Below are positions 21,544-29,405 of a stretch of 64,000 nucleotides of DNA, in pieces (the stretch's first letter is position 1; each line of letters starts with the position of its first letter). Source of the stretch: a virus; IMG/VR virus record IMGVR_UViG_3300021475_000001, positions 1-64,000 of that record. One strand, given 5' to 3'. The translations under genes and the position numbers were made by a program. The notes under the pieces are model-generated. The model saw nothing but the letters and a program-made list of their open reading frames with translations. It did not search any database and had not been told where the DNA came from.

Positions 21544-21914
21544 AGTTTGCTCCTGAGATTAGGTGAGAGTTTGATCATGGTCCGCCATACTGACCACCTG
21601 TGGGCACAGTCTGTGATGCCTTCTGGTTTGTTGTTAGTTAAACTGGGAAATTTTTCACGTGCTATTCTGAAAACTCTATTCACTCGGTTATTTTTTACGA
21701 GCCAGTAGTCTGATTTTTTTTGCCACTCTTTTGGGGTATAATCACTCTTGTTTTTTCGTTGGTTTAACTGTCGTTCTTTTTTACACTTGTCACAGTATTT
21801 CCTTTTGTGGTTTGTCAATGCCACGCTATCGCAGTCTGCACAATATTTGGTGAACTGTACCAAATATAAACGTCTTAGACGCTCATCTTCTTCGGTGTAT
21901 ATTGCTCTACGCAT
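21540..21914 (-). CDS. Basic Cys-rich (CxxC..CxxC) protein, AT-rich
   Basis: 'KYCADC...RKYCDKC'; start overlaps the sbcC-like stop. Confidence 0.5.
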   Translation of the reverse strand: MRRAIYTEEDERLRRLYLVQFTKYCADCDSVALTNHKRKYCDKCKKERQLNQRKNKSDYTPKEWQKKSDYWLVKNNRVNRVFRIAREKFPSLTNNKPEGITDCAHRWSVWRTMIKLSPNLRSKL

Positions 21915-23742
21915 CGATCCGTACACCAGTGTCGTCTTTAACCACAGTAACAATGCCGTCAAATGCGCCACGATCAAGTGATCGATGATCGATCAGATAG
22001 ATGCGTCGCTGTAGTTCGTGCGCGCGATCATGCAGAACTTCTAGTAGGCTGTCAATGCCTTCTTGTGACAAGAAAGTGGTGGGTTCATCAAGTATTTCGA
22101 AGTCTGGAGTAATACCGGCACGTGTCAGTAATACTTCCGATAGGCCGAATGTCACTGCCAGTTGCCAGCGTTGTGCTTCACCCCCTGAGTAATTTTCCCA
22201 AGGGATGGGGCTGTTCTGTCCTGGTGGAAAGAGAAAGATCGAAAAGGCGTGTGATACAGTACCCGACTTGGTTTCACGTTCGGTAGCAAACTGTATCTCC
22301 CAATTCTCTAAACCTAATGCAGTGGCGTTTCTATTGGTCGCCACTTCCAGTTCCAATAGTGTGGTGTCGATTTGCTCTAGACGTATGTCACGAAAGCCCT
22401 TCTGCCAGAACTTTAAAATTTCAATTTGCATGTTCAGTGCGGTTTCTTGTTCTAACAGTGAATCACGCTGCTCCTTCAGTTCCTGATACCGCACTTCCAG
22501 TTTGTCGAGCATGGCCGAGAACGGGTTGACCGTTGTCTCTACTCTTTTGACATCCTGCATGGTGCGGATAAAGAGACGTTCTTGTGAGAGAACTTGTTGT
22601 TGCAGTGTTTTGACATTACCAGTCAGTTCCAGAATGGTTTTGTTCTTTTCTTCCAACTGGGAAATCTCAGAAACTATCCCAACTGTTGATAATTCATGCT
22701 CCGCGATTTCCAATGTTATTTGTAAGATACGACTGCCGAGACGATTTATTTCGTGAGCCAGTTGACCTTTTCTGGTGTCTGCGTGTTCGTCACTGACGGA
22801 CTGGCCGCACTCTGGACAGACTTTGGCATCGGTATAGGAGGTGAATTGTCGCTTCAATCTGTCGTTGTCGAGCAGCACTTGTCGCTGTTCAGTCTTGAGT
22901 GAAACGACAGCATCGCGAGAGGTGCGCTCCCGTGCGCGTACAGCACGCAATTCGTCTTCTGACGTGTCCCTCTCGCTGATTTCGTTTAGACGCGTCTGCG
23001 CCTCTTGCAGCGTGTTTTTCAGCGTGTCGTGTTGTGCAGCTTCACGCTGTGCAATTGCTTTGACTTCAGCAAGCTGCGCTGCCTGTTGTCTGGCGAATTC
23101 TGCTTCCTTTTTGATGGCGGATTCGTGTTGATCACGTACCTCGTTCATTGATCCGGTGATACTGGTGTAGAGATTGGTCCACTTGTTTAGTTCCAGTTCC
23201 TTCTTGCGTAATTCTATACCAGCGTTGTCTGCCGCTCGCAATAAAACATCAAGATCAAGTGTTTCGGAAAACAATCGTGATTTTTCTTCTGGTCGCAAGT
23301 CCAGAAACATTTGTGAACGTTGACCCAGTAACAGCGTGCGGCGCAACGCCGAGTCTGACATGGGGATCAACTTGTCGATTTCGACTTGTTCGACCGTGCG
23401 ACCATTGATGGTCAACACTGACGGGCTGCGTCCGCGTTCGATGACGTATTCGTCACCATCAACTACCAGTGTTAGTTCACCAAGTACCGACGCCTTTTCT
23501 AGTGACCAGTTCTCGATGGAACTGCCAGGACGTTGTGACATAATGGTCTTGCCGGTCAACACCCAATAGGGTCCGTCAAGAAAGATCGTTGACTTGCCCG
23601 CCCCATTGGCACCAAGTTCTGGTTCCTTGAGGTTCTTACCCTGAATGAAATAGAAACCGGGTTGATTGTGAAACTGCCATGTCAATGTTCCGTGAATACC
23701 ACGAAAGTTGCGTAGTGACAGTTGTTTCAGACTAAGTGTCAT
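21907..23742 (-). CDS. sbcC: SbcC/Rad50 (gp46-like) SMC ATPase
   Basis: Walker A 'GANGAGKST', coiled coils, zinc hook 'CPECGQ', signature 'YSGGE', Walker B 'ILDEPT', 'IDH'. Confidence 0.93.
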   Translation of the reverse strand: MTLSLKQLSLRNFRGIHGTLTWQFHNQPGFYFIQGKNLKEPELGANGAGKSTIFLDGPYWVLTGKTIMSQRPGSSIENWSLEKASVLGELTLVVDGDEYVIERGRSPSVLTINGRTVEQVEIDKLIPMSDSALRRTLLLGQRSQMFLDLRPEEKSRLFSETLDLDVLLRAADNAGIELRKKELELNKWTNLYTSITGSMNEVRDQHESAIKKEAEFARQQAAQLAEVKAIAQREAAQHDTLKNTLQEAQTRLNEISERDTSEDELRAVRARERTSRDAVVSLKTEQRQVLLDNDRLKRQFTSYTDAKVCPECGQSVSDEHADTRKGQLAHEINRLGSRILQITLEIAEHELSTVGIVSEISQLEEKNKTILELTGNVKTLQQQVLSQERLFIRTMQDVKRVETTVNPFSAMLDKLEVRYQELKEQRDSLLEQETALNMQIEILKFWQKGFRDIRLEQIDTTLLELEVATNRNATALGLENWEIQFATERETKSGTVSHAFSIFLFPPGQNSPIPWENYSGGEAQRWQLAVTFGLSEVLLTRAGITPDFEILDEPTTFLSQEGIDSLLEVLHDRAHELQRRIYLIDHRSLDRGAFDGIVTVVKDDTGVRIDA

Positions 23743-23974
23743 TTGCCAGCTTCTTCTCCCATTCTTTTATTGCGGTCTGGACCGCGACATGCATAAAGTC
23801 CAACGGCTTAAGGTTCGCATTGTTGTGAGCGATAAACGCTGCGAGGCTAAGCAATGCAGCGATAAACTCGGGCAGTACTTCCTCAGGTGGATGTGTTGCC
23901 ATGTAGTCGCGCTGAACACTGAGCAGCCCCGCACCGATACGTGCTCGGAAGACAGCGCGGGTATCTTCATTCAT
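23732..23974 (-). CDS. Hypothetical protein
   Basis: RBS GGAGGA; overlaps neighbours in the operon. Confidence 0.5.
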   Translation of the reverse strand: MNEDTRAVFRARIGAGLLSVQRDYMATHPPEEVLPEFIAALLSLAAFIAHNNANLKPLDFMHVAVQTAIKEWEKKLANDT

Positions 23975-24228
23975 CGATCTAATCCTCCACCTTGCTGAGA
24001 AACCGGGAATATTGTAATGTTTGAATGACGAAACAATGCAAGAGCCTCTTCCAAGTCAATCGGTCCAAGTCCAGTAGACCAATCTTTGCTACAGTTAACT
24101 TTAGGTTTGCCAATATTGAATGCCCGCCATTGATGAGATTCCCAACGTATTCCTATGTCTTCAAGAAACCATTTACCTATGTAACTCTCATTCATTGACA
24201 GTATATCTCTCTCGATTGTCTGTCGCAA
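23971..24228 (-). CDS. Hypothetical protein
   Basis: Fills the gap between the sbcD-like gene and the next ORF; start uncertain. Confidence 0.4.
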   Translation of the reverse strand: MRQTIERDILSMNESYIGKWFLEDIGIRWESHQWRAFNIGKPKVNCSKDWSTGLGPIDLEEALALFRHSNITIFPVSQQGGGLDR

Positions 24229-24235
24229 TGTCCAA

Positions 24236-25219
24236 CTATCGAGTTGAGTTTAACAATTCCTGGCCGACAGTGATATAGTCTTCACCAACACTTTGTCGCA
24301 GCGCGTAGTCGCGCACCAGTTCATTGTTTGACAGATGAGTCGTGACACTTGCTTTATCTGGGGCGGTGTCACTTTGCAGTCTTAGTTCCGGACCAAACAA
24401 CTGCCAGCCTTCTGTTTCTGCCTGCTCTTTGATCGCGTCACGCCAGGACTTCCACTCTGGTAAATCAGCACGTCGCAGTTGCGCGATGATCTTTATCTGA
24501 TCACCTGGTTTGATCTTGATGCGATAGAGTTCATCTAGTGACTTGATTATCTGTGTGTGTTTAGCTGGTGACGGATAATGTAGATTGACTCTACTGCCAT
24601 CATCATTGATGAGCAAAATACGTGGTATGTAATCGTCACCAAAGTTTATGTGATAGGGTGCGCCAACGTATTCGATGGCACCGCCTGCTACTACCTGCCG
24701 TTTGTGTATGTCACCTGAGATGACAGTGGCACCAGCTTCCAGTACGATATTGGGATCGACACCAGTTAACTGAAAACCTGACTCTGACACTGCACCATCG
24801 AAAGTGACGTGGGCAAATACTGACTTGCCTTCGATAAGACCAACGTTGTCAATCCAATCAGTACCAGCCGGCATGAACACTCGTTGCCCAATTGTCAGGT
24901 CTAGTATCATTGGCATGAGTATAAATATGATGTTCTCGCTAAAGTGATTGAGAAAGCCAAAGAACGGACAATTTGGATCGATATAGTCATGGTTACCCTT
25001 GAGGATGTAGATTTTCTTGTACACTGTGGTCAGTGTCATAAATGCGTCGATTAAACGGTTGACCATACGTGCCGGATGATTGTTCTTGGCTTGTGTTAGA
25101 TCACCAAGAATGATCAGTTCATCAGCCTGTTGTTCCGCGAGCCAAGTCAGTAGGCCCCAACGTAACTCGTCGCGTGGGTTGTCGTTCCAGTGTGTGTCCG
25201 CTGTCAGAATTGCTGACAT
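24236..25219 (-). CDS. sbcD: SbcD/Mre11 (gp47-like) metallophosphoesterase nuclease
   Basis: 'TADTH','LGDL','GNHD','AH','SGDIH','YVGAP..INFGD'. Confidence 0.92.
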   Translation of the reverse strand: MSAILTADTHWNDNPRDELRWGLLTWLAEQQADELIILGDLTQAKNNHPARMVNRLIDAFMTLTTVYKKIYILKGNHDYIDPNCPFFGFLNHFSENIIFILMPMILDLTIGQRVFMPAGTDWIDNVGLIEGKSVFAHVTFDGAVSESGFQLTGVDPNIVLEAGATVISGDIHKRQVVAGGAIEYVGAPYHINFGDDYIPRILLINDDGSRVNLHYPSPAKHTQIIKSLDELYRIKIKPGDQIKIIAQLRRADLPEWKSWRDAIKEQAETEGWQLFGPELRLQSDTAPDKASVTTHLSNNELVRDYALRQSVGEDYITVGQELLNSTR

Positions 25220-25712
25220 TTATCACCTGTTCTAGAGAGTCAAAGAGTCTCAGTTCAGCCGGCCATTCGTGTAGTGTAATGACAGGTGGTAGTCTTGTTG
25301 GTGACCGTCCAGGCAAAGTTAGCATGATGATCGGACGATTATTCTGTTTGGCGATCATCAGTGGTAGTTTGCCGGTGGCACGGCAGTCATCTCGTAAACT
25401 CTTCCAGAACGTGTAAAGAAAACCAGATTCATTCAAGAAACCAGAAGCAAGTTGCAAATCTTTGTAGTGTTTTACTTCGATAGTGTAAGTGTTTATCAGC
25501 CAGAAACCAAGTTCACTGATACTGGAAATATCCCCAGACTGTGTTTGGTTTATGAACAGGTCTTTGTTGAATTGCAGTCTCGCGCGTCCGCCCGACATGG
25601 CAGAACGCCAGAAGCAATCTGTCCTTTTACCTTCAGAAACGAGTAGTGACAGTTTGCGACACACCTGGCGTTCAAAGGCGCTTCCTTTATTTTTTGAACC
25701 GGCGGAGTTCAT
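25122..25712 (-). CDS. Holliday junction resolvase (PD-(D/E)xK, Hjc-like)
   Basis: 'SKNKGSAFER.V','GDI','IEVKHYK','PLMIAKQN'. Confidence 0.8.
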   Translation of the reverse strand: MNSAGSKNKGSAFERQVCRKLSLLVSEGKRTDCFWRSAMSGGRARLQFNKDLFINQTQSGDISSISELGFWLINTYTIEVKHYKDLQLASGFLNESGFLYTFWKSLRDDCRATGKLPLMIAKQNNRPIIMLTLPGRSPTRLPPVITLHEWPAELRLFDSLEQVINVSNSDSGHTLERQPTRRVTLGPTDLARGTTG

Positions 25713-25714
25713 CC

Positions 25715-26719
25715 TTATACACGCTTTCTCTCCGGTGCGAAACGGTCTTCGACCTTCTGCCACACGTCAGCCGCTATGACACCAACTTCTTTCACCTTTT
25801 GCCAGTATTCTTCATCGGTCAAATTAGCCAAAAATTTGTCATAGTCATCACGTTTGAGTGATGTTACGGTATCCAGCATCTTTACTGACTCTAGCCAATC
25901 CAGACAAGAGGACATGTTATCGATACCAAAGCTAAAGCGAATATTGAAGTCACACTGACGTAAGGGAATGGCGATCTTGTTCTTTTCGCACTTGGCTCTG
26001 ATTTCGACACCGATAGGACGTTTTACACCACCACGAGTGATTTCTGTGGTGCCGGTCTTTGCCAACCAGATCACTTGTGACGCATAGAAATCTAGCGCGC
26101 GTCCACCAGAACGTGTCGAACGCTTGCCAAATGTGACACCAATATTGTCTCGTTCCTGTGATATGATCATCAGATGTGTTCGTGAGCGTTTAACATCGCG
26201 CACAAGCATACGTAATAACTTGCCCATGTCCTTGGCTTTACCAGTGCCATAGGAACCTTCACCAAACTTACGGTCTATTTCATCTGTACTGGTCAGAGCA
26301 TCAAGACTGTCAAGTATGTATAAACCTGGGTGTTTTTTGAGGGTCTTGATGTAGTCGTTCAAATCGTCATAAAAGTCTTCGACCGTGTTTAATTCTTCGT
26401 CACCAAAATCGATTTGTTCTACTGGCATCCCAATGGAAGCCGCAAAGGTCTGATCAAATGCCGCTTCTGACTCACGATAACGTGGAGTAGCCTCTGGGAA
26501 GGCTTTGACAAAACTGTTGGTCGCTTCAATGGCGAGTAGAGTTTTGCCGGTAGATTTGTCACCAACAATATTTGATATACGTGTCAGTGGCCAACCACCA
26601 CCAATCGCACTATCAAGCAGTGTTGATCCGGTACTGATAAATTTTAGTGGGGCGGGGGCTTCGTAGTAACGACCGCCATTTGTGACGGTCGTTTCTGCCT
26701 CGGACAATACGGCGCGCAT
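25715..26719 (-). CDS. recA: RecA/UvsX-like recombinase
   Basis: 'ISTGSTLLD.AIGGGWP..RI','GDKSTGKT','ILDSLDAL','ISQER','SGGRALDFYAS','KNKIAIP'. Confidence 0.93.
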   Translation of the reverse strand: MRAVLSEAETTVTNGGRYYEAPAPLKFISTGSTLLDSAIGGGWPLTRISNIVGDKSTGKTLLAIEATNSFVKAFPEATPRYRESEAAFDQTFAASIGMPVEQIDFGDEELNTVEDFYDDLNDYIKTLKKHPGLYILDSLDALTSTDEIDRKFGEGSYGTGKAKDMGKLLRMLVRDVKRSRTHLMIISQERDNIGVTFGKRSTRSGGRALDFYASQVIWLAKTGTTEITRGGVKRPIGVEIRAKCEKNKIAIPLRQCDFNIRFSFGIDNMSSCLDWLESVKMLDTVTSLKRDDYDKFLANLTDEEYWQKVKEVGVIAADVWQKVEDRFAPERKRV

Positions 26720-26722
26720 TGG

Positions 26723-27748
26723 TTACTGCCCACGTTGTGCCAGTTTCGAGCGCAGACGATCCTTTACTTCATCGGGGGTAGCACTACCACTTTCTGGCTG
26801 TAGAGTTGCGCGTCGCCGCTCTGGTGCAGGTTCTGCCTCACGAGGAACCGGACGCTCTTCCAGAGGAGCGCGACGTGGCGGTGGTGGTATAACTTCTTGA
26901 TACGTGGGTGTTTTTGGTGTCGTATCAAATGGGGGGTCATCGTGACCATTGGCAGGACGTGCAGCTTCACGCATACGGTCTGGGGGTACACTGCGCTCTT
27001 CACGCAGACGTGTCGGTGGTGTTTCTTCAGTGGTGTCAGCTTTGCCGTAAAACACCAGTTTAATACGCTCGGCAGGAAAGAACTGTAACTGATCTGGGAT
27101 GGGATGATCCTCGATGTAGTTCAACCATTCTTCAAAGCGTTCTGGATCATCAGTGATTGGACTGGACTGACGCGCGACTTTAAAGCCGCGATAACGTGTC
27201 AACAGACCTTCACCTTCACGGGTGAATTCGATATCAAACCCGTCGATAGGATGTGCCACAGGCAAATAGATTTGCTGACGTTTTTCCAGACTTTGTGACA
27301 GTATCTCGGTATTCGAGCGGTTCGACATGCCCCACAACATTGGGCCGCTCTTCTCGTCACTACGATCAATTAGATAAACTAGAAGTGTTGGATTGGCGCG
27401 TAGCGCGTCCATTTCTTCTTGCTTGGCACGATTACGTGCCAGTTCCTGTCGTTCTTGACAGATCGGACAATTCTTTTCTTGTGAAGATTCATTTTCCATC
27501 AAACACAGATAGGACTGATTATCCACTCCGATATTGCGGTGAATCTTCACTTCTAGTGCGTAGTGACGCGCGTCCTCCCAAGTAGGCGGTAGTATGCGAA
27601 CAAAATTGTCACCAGCTTTTGGCTTGAAGAATTTTGGTCCTCCCTGTTTGATCAAGCCATCAAACATACCGCCACGGCGTTGTGACAGTGCTTGCGCTTC
27701 TTCATATGTAGGTGGTTTGTAGTCAAACGCGCGTCGAGTGCGATTCAT
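26723..27748 (-). CDS. Single-stranded DNA-binding protein (gp32-like)
   Basis: 'FKPKAGDN.VRILPP','CL..CPICQ','P.DGFDI.F.REG.G..TRY'; located between RecA and UvsY-like genes. Confidence 0.75.
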   Translation of the reverse strand: MNRTRRAFDYKPPTYEEAQALSQRRGGMFDGLIKQGGPKFFKPKAGDNFVRILPPTWEDARHYALEVKIHRNIGVDNQSYLCLMENESSQEKNCPICQERQELARNRAKQEEMDALRANPTLLVYLIDRSDEKSGPMLWGMSNRSNTEILSQSLEKRQQIYLPVAHPIDGFDIEFTREGEGLLTRYRGFKVARQSSPITDDPERFEEWLNYIEDHPIPDQLQFFPAERIKLVFYGKADTTEETPPTRLREERSVPPDRMREAARPANGHDDPPFDTTPKTPTYQEVIPPPPRRAPLEERPVPREAEPAPERRRATLQPESGSATPDEVKDRLRSKLAQRGQ

Positions 27749-27899
27749 CTTGGGAGTTTCCTTCACGAAGAAGTTGTATCAGCCGCTTGGTGTCCTGATG
27801 TTTTCTCTGATGATAACCGGCACTAAATAACCAACCTGAGATATAAGAGACAATACCGGCTATGAGTAAAGCAACAACCAAGTGTAAGATATCAGTCAT
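27723..27899 (-). CDS. Small membrane protein
   Basis: N-terminal TM segment 'ILHLVVALLIAGIVSYISGWLF'; overlaps both neighbours. Confidence 0.45.
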   Translation of the reverse strand: MTDILHLVVALLIAGIVSYISGWLFSAGYHQRKHQDTKRLIQLLREGNSQDESHSTRV

Positions 27900-28362
27900 T
27901 GCCAGTTGTACGAGTTCTGACACGATTCTCTGCCTCCTGACGTTCTGCGGCAGATAACGGTCGTTCCCCAAAATAGTTCAATTTATACAATTCTGCAAGC
28001 TCTCGTAGAGCATGTCCCTTTTGGGTAAACGAGTCACGAAGTGCAAGCCATCTATCTGCAAGTTGTTTTGCTTGTGTGTACAAGGCAAGATATTCGCGAC
28101 GAACATCATCGGCCTCTACCATTGCTTTTAACTGAGCTTCGGTTGGTTTATCTCTGGTTCCGTTGCGAAAGGACAAATACAGTTCAGCTTCGGTAGTGTC
28201 CAAATCGTTTTTAGCTTGATCACGAAGTGACACTGCCATTGCGTAACCGGTCGCTGCATGGTAGTACCAATTGGTCTGATTGATAAACTCGGTATCCAGT
28301 GAGTCCGGATCGATCTTTATCTTATCAGCCAGTTCGTTTAACGTCTCTTCAGACGCGTCCAT
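27892..28362 (-). CDS. UvsY-like recombination mediator
   Basis: All-helical; 'IKIDPDSLD.E...Q','KPTEAQLKAMV','F.QKG..L'; syntenic with SSB and RecA. Confidence 0.6.
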   Translation of the reverse strand: MDASEETLNELADKIKIDPDSLDTEFINQTNWYYHAATGYAMAVSLRDQAKNDLDTTEAELYLSFRNGTRDKPTEAQLKAMVEADDVRREYLALYTQAKQLADRWLALRDSFTQKGHALRELAELYKLNYFGERPLSAAERQEAENRVRTRTTGND

Positions 28363-28385
28363 GCGATCACCTGCCTCTACCTCTA

Positions 28386-29327
28386 TTATACGCGCGTCGC
28401 AAACACGATCCTGGTGCAGGCGAGTACGATGGGTGAAATACCGTCTGAGTAATTTATTGGTTGTGAAAATTCGTCCAGTATTGGTAAATAGCTCCAGAGT
28501 GTGCTTTCATCCTTATTGTCGAGTATCACTTTGGTGACATAACTCAAAACTATCTTACGAATGCTTTCTGGGTTCTCGTTGCGAAGTTCGATGAGAATCG
28601 CTTGTATCACTGGCCATTTGGCACCATTGACCAAAGCACGTGCTAGTGCCACTGGTTGGTCGGCTTCATCGGGTATGTGTCCGAGTGACGCGTAGGCTTC
28701 TTCACGTGACGTGCAGTTGATGGTCTGTCCGAGATAAGCTAAGGCGCGACGTGGTGAACCCTGTGCTTCCTTTGTACACAGATCGATAATGCTGGGGTCT
28801 AACTCTCTGGATTCACAAGCAAGTACCCAATTAAGTAGCACGGTTAACTGACGAAGATTGAGAAGATGCAGGGTGTAGACTGAGCAACGGGTTTGTATCG
28901 TTTCTGGTACTCGGGTAATGTCAGTGGTGCAGAAGAACCAATACACTCCCGTTGGTGGCTCTTCCACCATCTTTAACAGTGACTGCCAAGCCTGTCGGGT
29001 AAGCGCGTGACACTCGTCCATGATGACTGATTTAATGTTACTGGCACCAAGTGGACGATAGATTAGCTGTTCAGTAATCCCCCGCATTTCGTCAATGCCA
29101 TTGTAAGTGGCGGCATCGATTTCGATTATATTGGCATCAGTTGTGCCAACTTCCTTAGCACCAAGTCGAGCAACAGTGGTCTTTCCTGTGCCACTTGGAC
29201 CCGTGAACAGAAAGGCATGACTGGAGTCTTCAGTCAGAACCTTGCACAGTGATCGTACCGTCTCTTCATTACCAATAACTTCATCCCACTTGACTGGCCG
29301 GTATTTGTTGATGAAGGGTTCAGTCAT
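28386..29327 (-). CDS. dnaX: Clamp loader AAA+ ATPase (DNA pol III gamma/tau-like)
   Basis: 'KYRP..WDEVIGNE','HAFLFTGPSGTGKTT.AR','EIDAA','IMDECHAL','LLK.VEEPP','TIQTRC','GSPR.AL'. Confidence 0.9.
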   Translation of the reverse strand: MTEPFINKYRPVKWDEVIGNEETVRSLCKVLTEDSSHAFLFTGPSGTGKTTVARLGAKEVGTTDANIIEIDAATYNGIDEMRGITEQLIYRPLGASNIKSVIMDECHALTRQAWQSLLKMVEEPPTGVYWFFCTTDITRVPETIQTRCSVYTLHLLNLRQLTVLLNWVLACESRELDPSIIDLCTKEAQGSPRRALAYLGQTINCTSREEAYASLGHIPDEADQPVALARALVNGAKWPVIQAILIELRNENPESIRKIVLSYVTKVILDNKDESTLWSYLPILDEFSQPINYSDGISPIVLACTRIVFATRV

Positions 29328-29405
29328 TAGTCTTTCCCGGTTTATGGTTCTCTCAATCAGGAATGGTTCACTGGCGGTATTTGGTACTCTCAACTCGTTT
29401 GGTTA

